The notes under the pieces are model-generated. The model made no database searches and had not been told where the DNA came from. It was given only the letters and a program-made list of their open reading frames with translations. Source: Rhodosorus marinus CCMP1338 (Eukaryota > Plantae > Rhodophyta). From it: DNA of 64,000 nucleotides. The stretch spans positions 682,001 to 746,000 of the forward strand of contig JAMWBK010000010.1 in NCBI GenBank assembly GCA_029953675.1, written 5' to 3'. Positions 49,388 through 62,529 of this stretch are shown piece after piece (the first letter of the stretch is position 1; each line of letters opens with the position of its first letter). The position numbers and the translations under genes were made by a program.

Positions 49388-50259
49388 ATGGTGAGTTTCA
49401 GCTGCGATAAGTGTCAGGATGTGGTTAAGAAAGCAAAGGTAGAGAATCACATATGGCAGTGCCGAGCCCCATCTGTGTCCTGCGTGGACTGTGGGAGGAA
49501 TTTTGACGGCAAGAATGTGAAGGGTCACTCTTCGTGTATAACGGAGAGGGAAAAGTATGAAGACGGCGTTGGGAAGCCCGGTGGGGGTGCGTCGGCGGCT
49601 CAGAGGAGCAGCGATGCGGTTTGCCAAGTGTGCAATTTGCAGCTGAATGGAGCCGTCATGGCAGTACAGCATTATCAAAGCAAGAAGCATAGGGGAGCAG
49701 AGAGAAGGCAAAAGAAAGGTAACTTCGCGTATAAAGCTTGCATCGTTCCTGGGTAAAATCTTATTGACCATGGATCGTCGCTGTCGATTCCTTGTAATCA
49801 ACAGAAAACCCAGCCAATTCTAGTGGAGGAACCAAACCAAGAGAGAAGCAAACTAACCTCGGGGACAAGGTAAACGGACAAACCGAAGCGGCGACGGACG
49901 AGGGCCGAAGAAGCCAGGGGGCCAAGCCTGATAGTGGCGCAAAAGCTACAGCGGAGGCAGTACCAAATTCCTCCGATGCTGAAGACGAGAAGCTTCCAAC
50001 CTCATCCAACAGCAAACAATCCACAGCTACAACCAAAAAGAAGACCAAGAAGCTCCTCCCCGTAGTCAAGAGAATCATTCGCAAGCAATCCACACCGAGG
50101 ATGAAACTCGAAGCCCTTTCGGCCGAAGTTCACCGCGTCCTCAAACACAGAGGGGTGCCCGTCGAAGCTGATGACCTACCGAAGCGAATCAAGAAGCTAA
50201 CAAAATCACGTCCAAAGGTCCTCAAACTGGAAAAAGATGACGTCGTTCTCTCCACTTGA
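49388..50259 (+). CDS. LYAR: LYAR-type C2HC zinc-finger nucleolar protein with an extra C2H2 finger, 2 exons
   Basis: MVSFSCDKCQDVVKKAKVENHIWQC..VSCVDCGRNF..HSSCITEREKY; CQVCNLQLN..QHYQSKKH; Lys-rich C-terminus. Confidence 0.92.
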
Positions 50260-50620
50260 GAGGGAAGGCAAAGACAAAGACTAACTGCGTTTGTCCCAGT
50301 TCTTAAAAATCAGTGGTGTATGTACTAAGTAATACTATTGAAATATGAAATAAAATATCGTCCATTTCAACATTGTCCCGCGGACAGTGTCCCAAGCGGT
50401 TGGTTCCAGAGGTTGATCAGAGGGATGATTGAATTTTGAGAGTATTTAGATGGAATTTGGTTGAGCTCAAAGAGTGCAAGCAGAAGTGACTTTTTGACCT
50501 GGTTTGTGAGTTGTCATAATGACGGATTAAGTGGGGGGGTTAAGGGGGAGATGTTGTTGAAGTTGGATGGCATTAGTAATTTAGCAGAGTTGTATAGGAG
50601 ACATAATCGTCAAATACATA

Positions 50621-51742
50621 ATGGAAAGGCTTCCGCACATGATTCGTGGGAAGGAGTTGTTCAAAGACTGTCAACCTGGTGAGGAAGGGCTGAAGTTCTC
50701 TGAGGGCGAGACGATTCTGAGGGAGCGATCGGGTGTTTTCTCGGAGTATGGGAAGAACTGGGCTCTGGATATATTCTGTATTACACACAATGCTGTGAGG
50801 GCGGAGTTTCAAGATCTCTTCGCCATCGTGACGTCGATGGCGCATCGAAAAGAATCGGTTAGCGTCAAGGATATTGAAGAGGTCTTCAACTGGTGGCCCG
50901 TGTTTGCTCAGTTTCTTGTCGAAGTTCTGGAAATGGAGAATACGGTATGATAACGCTCTAATACTCTATCTTAGTTGGGGAAGAAGGTGTTCAAGATTTG
51001 TCTTGCTGATCCTCTTCAAAAAAATCAGATTTTATTTCCTAGGTGGGAGGAAACCATACCTTTGGCCGGTCCAGTGTCTTCTCTGAAACGGGAAGATCTA
51101 AGGAATCGAACTAAACTGGCGCTTGAATCAGTTTCAATTAAGAAGAATACATTCAAGCAAGAACACCCGAGCGAGATATTCGGGCAACTGGTCAAGTTCA
51201 CGGAATCCACTGTTCGGGAGATCGAATCGTTGTTCATGATAGCAGAAGTAGAGACGGTAGCTTTTTTGTTGAAGCAGCCAAAGTTTGAGCGGACCGGTGA
51301 AGGTCTGTTCGAGTTTTTCGCGGCGTACATGCACAGCTTGGTTAACCCCAACGAGTTTGCGACCTTATGGATGCGTGGATTCAGGTCCACTGAACCACGG
51401 AACGAGTTTCGCGAGGTCTTTCAGAAACTGAAGAAGAAAAAGAGATTCGGAAACAGCAAACGTATAGTCGAAGAGTTAGAGGTGACTGAAAGCAGGATTC
51501 AGAAATCCCACTACCAAGTTGTGAGAGAGTTTTGGCGAAATTGGAGAGAGGCTGAGGTGTTCCTAAGTCTCAGCGACGACTGCATCGAGCTTCCTGCATC
51601 GCCAAAAGAACCCAAGGTCGCTGAAGTGCTGAATGTGGAAGAGGAGGTTAATCCAGAGCCGATAGAGGAGTACAAGCCCCAGTTTACTGGATCCAAGTTC
51701 CTCTCGCATAGAAACAAGTTTGAAAATGCCGGGAAGGACTGA
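50621..51742 (+). CDS. Hemerythrin-like (HHE-fold) protein, degenerate metal site, 2 exons
   Basis: WALDIFCITHNAVRAEFQDL..DIEEVFNWWPVF..VLEMENT|ILFP: the first His and the E..LFP pattern are present, the HH pair is replaced. Confidence 0.6.
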
Positions 51743-52006
51743 TCCGAACCAGAGAGCGAGGGCGAATTACTTCTCAAACTGGAGTTCAAAATGATGCCGA
51801 TTATGTACATGAACGAAAAAAAATTTGCCGCACAAAACGGGCTAGACAATCGCCGGCTGGAGGTGTCAATCCCAGGACGACGTTAACCTCATACGAAGAG
51901 AATCATTGAATCCAAAACGGAATGGTTTGTGCACTTGCGATGCTGGAGCTTTGAATAAAGTCGGCGACAAGATGAGGTCCTGAAGGGCTCCGTTCGTCCG
52001 GCTACG

Positions 52007-53507
52007 TCAGCTCTCGGGATTGGGATCTCGTCTGAAGGTATTCGAATAAGCAATTGTCATATCTTCCTGCCCGGATGCCAAGACTTCGGTTGCGAGTCTC
52101 TGAATTTCATCAACAAAGTTAAGTTCTCGTGATCGTAAGCCTTCAGAGTGAACTCTCAATGTTGCCTTCTTGTCGACGAGCTCGACGTCCACGTCGATAT
52201 CCTGTAAAGCAGCCGAATTGCAAAAAAGAGCCAGAGGCCAAGGTGAGATAGTGTCTTTTCGCGCACCTCGGAAATAGTCGAAATCTTAAAGAACACGCTC
52301 TACCATTATCGTCGCCATCCTCAGCAGCCTCTGCACAAAGTGGCTCGCCGACTGCCTTGTCTTCATGTAGTAATCATTTTCCAGGACGGTACTGTCCACT
52401 AGCTATGCACGTGGAGGCAAGAGAGGAGCTGGAATCAGTCAAACATCCTGTTGTGCGTCCAGTAAGGCGGCAACTGCGTCCATAGGTGACGACGAGATCA
52501 GGTTTTAGCTCACCTTCCAGTCTCCTCGATTCGCGAGTCTTTCTAGAATCTGATCGTTTGACAGTTTCACTTCCTCAACTTTGTGCATGTAGACGGTCGG
52601 GTATCGCTCGAGAATAACATCGTCTGCACCGATGACTCCTTTGTGTGCTTTTCCAGTGAAGAGGTCATGCGCCATGACACCATCAACAGAAGAAATCTGA
52701 ACGCGCAGCTCGGAAGCCGCAAGTCTCAGCAACGGAAAAATTCCAGATCTAATGGCTCAAAGAAAAAGCAGTCCTGGTGCATCCTAATTCGGTTGATGCG
52801 CGCCTTACCTGTTCAGAAACAATGAACGGGCTGTGCATAGGTTTGTTAGGACTCATCACGAACTCAGCGATGCGATTGCCGTCCAAAGTTCTTATAGGAA
52901 CAGAGTCCTTTGTCCGAAAGGAAACCACGGGGGAGAGGCTTCTAATCGCTGGTAGCTGCATTAACCTCCGGAGCGTGTGTTTCGCTCCCATGTCCGATAT
53001 CTCAAAACATATTTTAGACCCGATCCTGGCCCTTTCGTCCGTCTCGTTGGCGACAATGATCAGGGACTTTGAGCGAGTGGCAACAAGACGCGGTCTTAGG
53101 ATAGATGCTCCGGTGCTCTGCGCGACGAAATTGAGCTCGTCGTCAAACTCAGCCGCATGGATGATGCTCAAATCCAGGTCGGCAAAGCTCTCCGGGCCAA
53201 CTTGCGGCAGCTCAAGCTCGGCGGCGCGATTGTTCATCCGCTTCGACGGCAGAGCGAGCGTCACGTCGACCAACTTGCCAGTTCCAATCAGACGATACAG
53301 CTTATCCATAGCCATCGCACCTATAGAGGGCGACGCGATGCCAATTTTCATCCCACTTTCGACATGATCCTCGATTGCAGATTCCACAGCATCCACAAGG
53401 TCATCACGATCTGCAGCTTTTCGCCGCACCCGCGAACATCGACGGTCTCTGCGGCAGTCAAGCAGGCCACAAAGCAGAGTAGTCGGTGACAGAATAAACC
53501 CAGTCAT
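52007..53507 (-). CDS. Fusion of RpiA-like (ribose-5-phosphate isomerase A fold) and PCD-like (pterin carbinolamine dehydratase fold) domains, probable plastid transit peptide, 4 exons, 391 aa
   Basis: Exons 53507-52809, 52696-52514, 52402-52304 and 52201-52007 are all phase 0 with GT-AG introns. RpiA-like: GMKIGIASPS..DLSIIHAAEFDDELNFV..TLDGNRI..SPFIVSEQISSVDGVMAHDLF. PCD-like: KLSNDQILERLANRGDWKLVDS..SASHFVQRLLRMA..LRVHSEGL. Confidence 0.8.
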
Positions 53508-54418
53508 TCTTTTTTCCAGATCACTCCACAGCCCCTACATGCCGAAAAAAGCCAAGAAAAGGTACCATCCTCACCATGCTAAGAGTGCCCAGCCCAGCTG
53601 ATGACATTTCGCCGACGAACTTTCGTGGAGGATTGATTTGCGGCGCGTTTCAAACATTGATGCTACGAGAGCAACTGTCTGGACATTCACATCTAGGACT
53701 CGTAAAGGACAGCAATTGAATGCCAGGTTGATGGTGGCTACAGCTGACCTGAATTGTGCAGCGGGTACGAACTAGAATGGATGAAGGGTGGCTTCAATAC
53801 GAATTGGGTGTATTGCGTAGATGTGAATGAGCCGCTAATGATCTGATCTCTTTCGACGTCGAGGTTTTGTACCAAATAATTCCAGCAGCTTTCTGAGCTA
53901 GGCAAGAAAGTTGTTGCCTTTTGCAGGACTGCTCAATTTTGTGGTCTTTAACACAAAAGTGAGCAGTCCTGCGCGCTCTATTCCACGTGTAAATAGTTTC
54001 GGTGATTGCCAAGCGGAGAGATGAACCCATCCTCAAGCTTAGATTCGATTCCTCTTGTAGCTCCGCATTTTACAATATTCCAGTTCTTGGAGCAGTTTCA
54101 AACAACAATAATACATACTCGCACGCTATGCAGCCTGCAAACGTGTTCCACTTCGATTGAGTACATCGGAAGGGTTGACGGTGCCTAGATACAGTTTCGA
54201 GCCGATAAAACGAACAGAGTACTGCGACCCGTCCATCACGTTTTCGCCACACGCGACCTAGCCATGTTCCTTCGAAGAAGACCCTGCTCGAGGTGGCGCA
54301 TAGAGCTTGAGACCAGTATGGTTCAAAGGTGCTATTTGCTTCTTTGGCGAGGAGGGGTGCACAATGGAGTACCCGTCTTGCTGGAAGCATGACAAGGAGT
54401 TGCAACACAAAGTTTCTT

Positions 54419-55818
54419 CTAGCTTTCAGTTTGAGGGACGGGCAGATCCTTAAAACGCTCGCTGTTCTCGTAGCCATTCGGTAGAATTCCCTTCAGGTGC
54501 GGGTAGATCTTGTTGTAAGCAGCGCGAATTGTGACTTCTGCTACGAGGGCGGCGTCCGATACCTGCTTCGCTGTTTTCCGCTCATCCTGCGGCCCAAGCT
54601 GACAGATAATAAAGATACAGGCAGCCGCAATGGATACAAGCGTACGACCGTACACCCCATTTAGGTCTCGAGCTTTGTTTGCAAGCTCAGTTGCCGCGTT
54701 CACAACCTTTCTTGGCAAACCTAGAGCACTGCAGCATCGAAGCACCCCATCCTCCATAGATGTATCCGTTCTCGCCGAGGTCGCAATCGTGGACTTCACG
54801 CGCTTGTCAATTAACTTGACAACACGCCCGAGGTCACGTTTCGGCACCTGTGGAGAAAAAAAAGTATCCCGAAGCGAAGCTCAGCAGTGCTCTTGCAAAA
54901 CCGTTTCCGTCAAAAGCAACGGAAAAATTCGACGAGCACATACCCCAGTCATCAGACTTATTTCAATGAACGTTCTGGTCATGTTCTCCCCCCGCAGCGA
55001 CAGTAACAGCACACCAGCAACTATTTGCTTGGTTTCTTCCTCTCGCAGAGATCTCACTCTTGTCCCATCCTCCCTCAAGGTCAGCACATCATAGTACTGT
55101 TTAAACATCTCGTTACAGCGTTCCTGCACTTTGTGCGGGATCGAGTTGCGTTCGCATAGCTTGCTTATCTCCGCGAACACGTCCAAAAGGTAACGATCAG
55201 AAGCAGATATTGTGTGCATGTTTTGGGCTCGATTCAGAGACGACCCTATCCCCCGTCCGCCCTCCATAGAAATCGATGTATTAGCCCCAGATTCCAGTAA
55301 CGGGTTCGCAGGGCCTGGTCAGTATACGAAAGAGAGACCTTGATTAGCTTCCATAGTTCACACATCCTATGCCAAAACAAGAAGGCAACAAAGTCGTGAA
55401 GTCGAAAACAAATCTGCTTGTGCGATACGCTTTCTATCAAAGCTTCTTGTGAACAGACAAAATATAGATGTCATCGACCGCCTTTCAAGTGCGTTTATCA
55501 AGTACGTACCACTAGCACGATTTGGATCTGCTCCGGGCTCATCGTTTGTAAAAGTTCTCCATTCACACCCGAGATCAACCAGTTTTTCTTGAATAACAAG
55601 ACCGCAGCTACGGCAAACGTTCTGACCTTCCTTCCAATCTGTTCGTACAGAAGATACTCGCCTTAAGCACCAGTGTAAATCCATCACTGAAAAGTTGTCA
55701 GACTTGAGCGCTTACCTTCGACAATATCCGGGCTTCCACACTCAGGACATTCCTCGGGAGTGTCTCGCTCCAGCTCTGGAGCGAGCGAAGGTAGCACACT
55801 CGAGTTGATTTTTGCCAT
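54419..55818 (-). CDS. TFIIB: Transcription initiation factor IIB, 4 exons
   Basis: Zn ribbon CPECGSPDIVED..NVCRSCGLVI..GCEWRTF; two cyclin repeats (ERCNEMFKQY..RTFIEIS; RCCSALGL..GRTLVSIAAACIF..VAEVTIRAAYNKIYP). Confidence 0.97.
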
Positions 55819-56516
55819 TTGTTCTCAAGGTTACCGACTGCTAAAGGAAAAAAATCCTCCCTCAAAAGGCCTACAGAGAGCTTCTCGATACGGCAAAAAC
55901 GAAACAAAAATTTCCGCCAAAATGAACGCGAAAAACCCAATAACAGTCACCAAACTCACTGCCTTTTTCAAAAGCATCCTTCAAAGTGTGGTTTCCTCCT
56001 TTTTTGTCAGGTGCAGTGAACCATGAGCAACACCACTGCAACCTACAACTCTCTCACCTTCCGCAACGAAACTCATCCCTCCAAGTGACTCCAGAAAGTT
56101 CCAAAAAACAAATAGCAAAACCCGCATTTTCAGCGGTGATTTTGCTCTCCAGAAATATCCAAGTATTTCCGAATATGTTTCTTGGCCAAATAAACATGGC
56201 GAATGGTACACTGAGTGACGTAAAGATCTCTTGTTGAAGCTTTTGTAGGTGCTGCAGAGGGGGGTGTTAGATATTGGGAATCAGATCTGGAAGACACTCT
56301 GCCCCAATCTGAATGACCTAGTAGTGACAAATCTCACTGACTAGTGAAGAGCCCCTGCGAAATCGCTTCGACCTTACTAGCCGAACCATCGATTTTTAAC
56401 TTGACCCTTTCTGGTGTTTTGGAGAGCTTTTGGCCTCCCTTCGCCGAGCAGGAGGGCTTCTACTCAATGGTCGTCCAGAAGAGGCGGGAACCTATTTCAA
56501 TGTTTTTTTGTGGCTG

Positions 56517-57899
56517 CTAATTTCCCCCAAAATTCTTCTGGTGGTTGGAGAATTTCTTCTCCTGGAATCTTCTCCACCTACACTCATCGGCGTCCTTGTC
56601 GTCGAGCAGGACTTCCACATTCTCCGGGCAAAATTCCCTGCGCTGATCGTTTCCGCACGCGCTGAGAGCAACAAACTCATCTCGATATTCCCTTTGAAAC
56701 TGAAACAGCTGAAGGTCTATGGGCACTTTGTACTCGGTCAGGTGATCGTACAACCATCTCGCTCCGTGAAGGGAAACAGCGTATGCACCAGCTCCATAAC
56801 TGGGCTTCGCTCTTACAATAGGATGGTGGAAACTACGGAAACATGCGATCTTATCCTATTAGAATCCTCACAGGTGTGGATTTTGAGCTCTGATGTCCAC
56901 GAAATCAATCCGCTTACCTTGGATTCGAGGTCCATTTACCCTCAGGTCCTTCCCATGGTGTTTCATTGTTGGAGCCGGCTTCACTGTCCACGATCATTCT
57001 ACGGAAGTAGATCATATGCCAGGTAAGCGAGCCCCCCACGCTTTCCTGATCAATGCGAGCGAAAAGCTCCGGAAGAACCTCCGCAAGTTTTTCGCTGATG
57101 AACAGAGTGTCGTCTATGATTAGGACCCTTTGAAGACCAAGATCAACCATCCGTTCCCAAACCGATCGGTGGCTGAGGGCGTAGGACACATCCCGGCGCA
57201 AAGTGACCTGTTCACAAGAATCGTTTTCACATGTGAGCAGCTACTCTCTTGAGCTAGATGTGAGGAGTCTAGCCCATGCATTACCCTTTCCCTATGACTC
57301 AGGTCGTTCAGGCTCTTATCAAGTCGAATCGGAATCGGTGGAGACTCCAGAGAAAACTCGTTGTTGTAATTGTTGATTGTTTGGAATCTCAGACCCTGCT
57401 GTTCCGCCTTCTTTTTAAATACGTCCAACTGGTGCGGACATTTTGGGCTCGTGAGAACGAACATTTCGTCGAAAGCCCTGTAGCGATGTGCAGATTCACT
57501 CGAAAGAGGGTCCCGGAATGTTCCGGGTCTGACTCCTACATATCCTGCCGGGAATGACGTGGGTCGCTTGTCCTTCCAACCAGTTGACCATTTCAAACCC
57601 TCCCTACTCTGTACTTCAGCAACGATAGTGAACGGATAGGGGAGACTTTCTACATATTCACTTCCAAATTTTCTGTGTCCCAAGCCCAACGCAAAACTCG
57701 AGATGAAGATGATAAACAAAAGCAGCGTACACCACACTGTAATTCGAATCGCCTTCGACTTGCGAACATGATCATCGGCGTCTATCCTGCCAAACCTATG
57801 TCCAGTTGACGCCGCCCCTCCTCTCACCCTCCTACCAAGCTCCAGATCAACTCGATGAGTAGCATGCCCAATGCGAAGAGATTTCCATACTCTTTTCAT
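56517..57899 (-). CDS. Glycosyltransferase family 25-like type II membrane protein
   Basis: TM (ITVWCTLLLFIIFISSFALGLG); YALSHRSVWERMVDLGLQRVLIIDD (C..SH..W..LI.EDD type); KVPIDLQL. Confidence 0.7.
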
Positions 57900-59017
57900 C
57901 TCCGATGGAGATGAACAGGCGACCTCTCACAGCCAAGCTCATCAGAGCCACCGAAGGGGACTTCGCTCCTCCCCAAAAGTGCACCATGGCCCCTTGACAA
58001 AAGACCCAACATACATTCTTGCTAAGACGACTCTCCTGAAGACCGCACGATTGCCTCGAACAAACCAGAGAAGGGAGATACGAACAAAGCTCTAAACATC
58101 GTCGGAAGTTCTACACACTACGTGCCGAGAGTCATATTAAAAACTCTTCATCTTCGAACGTATCGACTTGGATTTCTCCTGAGCTCTACCCCACTGTAAG
58201 CAGGATGAAGTAGAAGAGACTCTGTGGACCGATAGCTGGTCTACTTGAAACTCGAGAATCTGTGATTTGCCTCGGAACGCTTTGTCAACGCTCCCTCTGG
58301 ATTGAATGTCGTTCGTGCCGAGCAGGAACAAGTCATCATCATCATCATCAGTTTATCAGAGCCTAACTACCCTGAGAAGCGAGAAACAAGACAAGTTCTG
58401 CGAATTTCAAGAATGACCTTGCTCTCGATCTGACTGTGGAGAGAGTAGGTGAGGGTACCTGCGATATGATCCCTTTCTTTTTGGCGAGTTGTTCGAGACA
58501 ATACTTGTTGTACTTTGATCATGTGATCCGTCCTTAAGCTGTACAAGATTCCGGAGCGGAACTGCTGAAGAATAACGCATATGTTCTGGAAAACGCAAAA
58601 CTTCTCTTCCTACAAGTTTCCAGGGGGTGTCTGTCCAGCACTGATGTTTGTGCGCAAAGCGGTTCTTCACGAGGACACGCCACGCCTCTGCTCACGTGTT
58701 ACTGTGGTTGTCATTTTGCCGCCTTCGCAAACTCCAGTTCAGGCTGTACGTTAGGAGCACATAAGGAGACAGAAGAATCGACGCCGTTTGCGTCGACGTC
58801 CATGAACACCCAAACGCGTTCTCAGCTAGGGCAGGTAGAGAAACTGGGCCCAAAATTTCTCCAGGTGCAATCCATCCGCGAGCTGGTGGGCGACCCCGAA
58901 CCATCAAACCTTGAAGCCTGCGTCTTGGGAAAACAGGTGGCTTGCGGACCCGTCGAGTCGATCCATCAAGTTCGTGCCAACTCCTTTTCAGCAGACTGGT
59001 AAACAGAGTAGCAAAGC

Positions 59018-61410
59018 TCAGAGCGCCATATTTTCATCGTCAAGAACGGAGAAGTCGTACGCATCTTCAGCTCCAGCATCCACTGCCATGGCAACCTGAC
59101 CAGCATTTTTTCGCTTCTTCTTCAGCGCCTTTTGCTTCTTCTTAAGATCCTTGTTCACTTGAGGGTTGATCGCCGATCCCTTCTGCTCCCAACCTTTGTC
59201 CGCCCCATCTCTGTTCTTCTTGGTCTTGGGATCCACAGTCTTGTACTCTGGGAGATCGTCTTTCTCATCGCCGTCTGAAGCTGAGTCCTCGTCTAGGAGT
59301 AGAGTCCGTGCAGTACGATGTAAGGCCTTCCATTCTTAGAATTTCTCAGATTTTCTTTTGCTGCTGAAACCACTACCTTCGACTTCCATCTCCTCGTCAT
59401 TCTCTGCTTCCTCAGTGACCGTATCTGCGAAGGGGTCTTCATCTAACATACCGTCAGTCTCTGTAGCTGTTGCTTTTGCGTAGACCCTGTCAGATTCAGT
59501 GGCAGATGCTTTGGTCTCCATTTCGATCGCTTCCGACGAAACAACTTTCTTTAAGTCGAATTCTTTTCCCCAGGCAGCCACAAGCTTCGTCCTGTGAATG
59601 CTCTTCCTCCTTGCCGATGGAGGTATCGTGTAGAATCCAATTTTGCCACCGTTCCAGTCCTACCACAGAAAAGCGCCCATCCACACATTGCGAATGAGAT
59701 CGTTACGTGAACAACGGACAAATGTGATGCTTGGACACGAACCTGTAGCACTATTCGAGCCGCCGCTGCGAGGTCAAAAGATCCGCTTTTTCTTACTTTG
59801 CCTCGCTTCTTTGCTACAAGCGCTAGACACTCCGTGACGCCGTCAAAAGTTGGAATAGCATAGGCTGCCATCAAGACCTCATGCCCGCACCTTTCTAGTA
59901 TAAACTCAACCGGTCCGATCGGATCCTAGTAGCAAAAACAAGTTTGATACCCCTCAGAACCAAATTGCTGAGTATGGAGGGGAGGGCTGCCATTCTGGCG
60001 CGCGCAAAACTGACCTCCAGATTCTCGACCTTTATACAATTTCGTAGAACCAATGCGTTTGTCTTTCCCGTCGCGAAAACAATCCCTGGTGAGTCAATCA
60101 GCCTTATATGCTTATCCAGGTGAACCTCCTGCAGGCCCTTAGTTACTCCTGATGAGGGATTCCGAGGAACGAACCGAGGATTAAGCTTCAGAAAAAGAAG
60201 AAATGAAGGTCATGGATACTGCAATGATATCACGGCGTTACCAGGAGTAGCACCGACGGTGACTGCTCTTGATCTCTTCAGCGAGTTGATCAGTGAGCTC
60301 TTCCCCACGTTTGGATATCCAATGATTCCAACTGTACATGCCGTTTTCATACCCCTATTCCGAGTGTAGTTCTTTAACAATTGCATGAGCGCATCAGCTC
60401 CAAGCGCGTTGCTCGTGTGTATTTCGTTTGCGTTGACTGCGCTTGATTTCGCTTGAGAAACGTTCTTCTGTGAAAAGAGCAAGCAGAACCGATGTGAGCG
60501 CGTTCCTTGACAGATTCACTCGGGTAGGATGACCGTGCGAAGTCCGATCCGAACTTGGCACAGCCAGCTGGATAAACCCGCCCCCAACTTTCCTACCTGC
60601 GATTGAGTAGTCGCTCGAAACGCCACGGTCGGGTAGTCGTTCCTGAGGTAGGAAAGCCACTTTTGTGTGACGTCCTTTGGAACCAAGTCAACTTTGTTCA
60701 ATATAAGTACTATTCTCTTAGACCCTCCTCCTGCTTCCATGATCATTCTCTCAGCTTGATGGCAACGGCATCCCAGGGGGTCCCTGGCATCCAGTACTTG
60801 AAGGACAATATCTGACGCATCCACAACCTTTCGAAACTCTCTAATGTACGCTTTTCTGGAGCTTTCGTTCAGAATTCCCTTATCGCTCACTTCTCCGTCC
60901 TCAACTTCAGCAGCCTCATCATTGAACTTGGATTCCTAAACGGCAATGACACGCACTCAGCACAAGGTTGGTGGTGAACGGATAACGTTAGACGCGCAAT
61001 ACTCGTTTAAGGCTTACTCTGCGTCTAGCGTCATCTGAAAGGGCCCCCAGGCTATCCAATTTAGTTTTCTTCCTCTCCTCTTTCCTCTTCGCTCTTTGTT
61101 CCCTCTTCTTCTCTTCCTCGTCGCGCTTCTGCTGCTCGATTTCTTCCATAAGCTCATGCTTGTAAGGGTAGCTATTTGGTATTGTCACTGATTCATACAG
61201 GACGAAACATGGACTTAACTTGAGTTCGTATCTAAGATTGAAAACGTCACTCGTAGTAGACAATGGCTACGACTTTAAAAACTTACGTGGCTCCTTTCCC
61301 TTTTTCTTGGAACGCTCTTCTTTTCTGAGCTTCTTGTGGTGAGCTCGAACCTTTTTCGCCACCTTATACTTCTGCCGTGCCGGCGTCCGTTTACTCTGTT
61401 TTTTTGCCAT
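59018..61410 (-). CDS. GNL3: Nucleostemin/GNL3 (Nug1) circularly permuted nucleolar GTPase
   Basis: [113 protein letters not shown]; final exon [17 protein letters not shown]. Confidence 0.97.
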
Positions 61411-62529
61411 CCTAGGCCAGCCTCTCTTCCTCACTAAAAACCAAAACCAAAGGAATAAACACCGCAATATCCGACACAAACCTGCAGAATCTCTCTTCTC
61501 ACAACCCCTTGTCCACGGACAAACCGAACGCAGTTGCACCTTTAGCAAAAGAATTCGAAGCTCAGACACAGAGCTCGCTTTCTAATGACAAGCCTGTCAC
61601 TGAACATTCCAAACCGTTCAACCTCGCAAAGCACCACTGTCAACCTTGTCATCCTCCCCGCGCCCATGAACAAAACATTTTCGCACATGTTCAGTTGGCA
61701 ACCCTATCATCGAATATTTTAGCGTTTTTCATGTTTGTTGCACCGACGGCGAACTATGTTAAGAGTATTTATTGGATATTTATAGTTCCTATTTCATCGC
61801 TAATCCTATTTAAAGGCTATTTATTGGATAATTAAATATTAATATTTTCTTCTACTGGAAATTTTCCGTCAGTGTACATACTTATGCAAGATCTCTCGTT
61901 TATCAATAAACATTTGTGCTATACTATTTGATCACCAACCCTGAGGCAATCCAAGTGGAGTAACTCGCCAACCCTGAAGCTGTGTAATCCAAGAATGCGC
62001 ATTGGTAAGTAAAAGGAGCACCCACCCTGAGGCAAATCTGAGGATTAAGCTTCTAGGCCAAGGCGTGAATTGCGACTTGTTTTGGTGGGCCAGGCTGTCG
62101 TGACTATTTTCTCTGGAATTTAATTCTTTGGGGTTACTTTGGTTGGTCGGGGGTGAAGCATTGCTTCGAGCCTTCGCACAGATAGAAGTTGTTGAAAGTC
62201 GTGCTGGCATGTATCGCCTGCACTTGCTCTACTCTGTCGCAGACTATTCTCAGCACTCTTTTCAGTTTTCCTTCCAGAACTTGATGGGACCGCCGATCGT
62301 GCCTTTCTGGAAGATTGAACTTATCACTCAAACGTATTGATTCGTGGGCGCCCGGTTTCTCAGTAGCTCAGGGGCGGGGCGGGGGACTATAGAGGGAAGT
62401 GCGCATTGGGTCATTCAATTCGATAATAATGGAAAACTTCGGAGGCCCTTCTTGCGTTTTAGTGAGCTTACGACGCACTCTAGGAATGATGCAAATGGGC
62501 CTAGTGGCAGTCGGGGGCGTATCAACTTC

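Noticed and set aside
52697-52808. Apparent +1 frameshift at a T5 run in the RpiA-like gene
   Set aside because: Using the downstream acceptor gttcag| (52697) restores the frame and gives a better alignment (SPFIVSEQISSVDGV).
43123-54477. Numerous long antisense ORFs (e.g. 43483-44223, 52777-53367, 54070-54477)
   Set aside because: They are shadows of real genes or UTRs with no independent motifs.
58407-58907. Two minus-strand ORFs in the same frame separated by a single TGA (readthrough or selenocysteine?)
   Set aside because: No recognisable protein, no redox-motif context, no SECIS seen, and the TGA overlaps a GTGAG donor-like site. It may be UTR or an unresolved small gene.
59290-59380. 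Premature stop in GNL3 at 59336
   Set aside because: It lies within a GT-AG intron (gaag|gtagtg...ctcctag|acgag). The acidic/Lys-rich last exon continues to 59018.
24832-61410. Functional clustering (IRE1 + OS-9; EFL1 + LYAR + GNL3)
   Set aside because: The genes are interspersed with unrelated ones in mixed orientation. Chance is a sufficient explanation without synteny or co-expression data.
62134-62331. ORF faintly resembling a gypsy integrase core (HQVLE..FNN..TP)
   Set aside because: Spacing and catalytic residues do not fit and no other pol remnants are adjacent.
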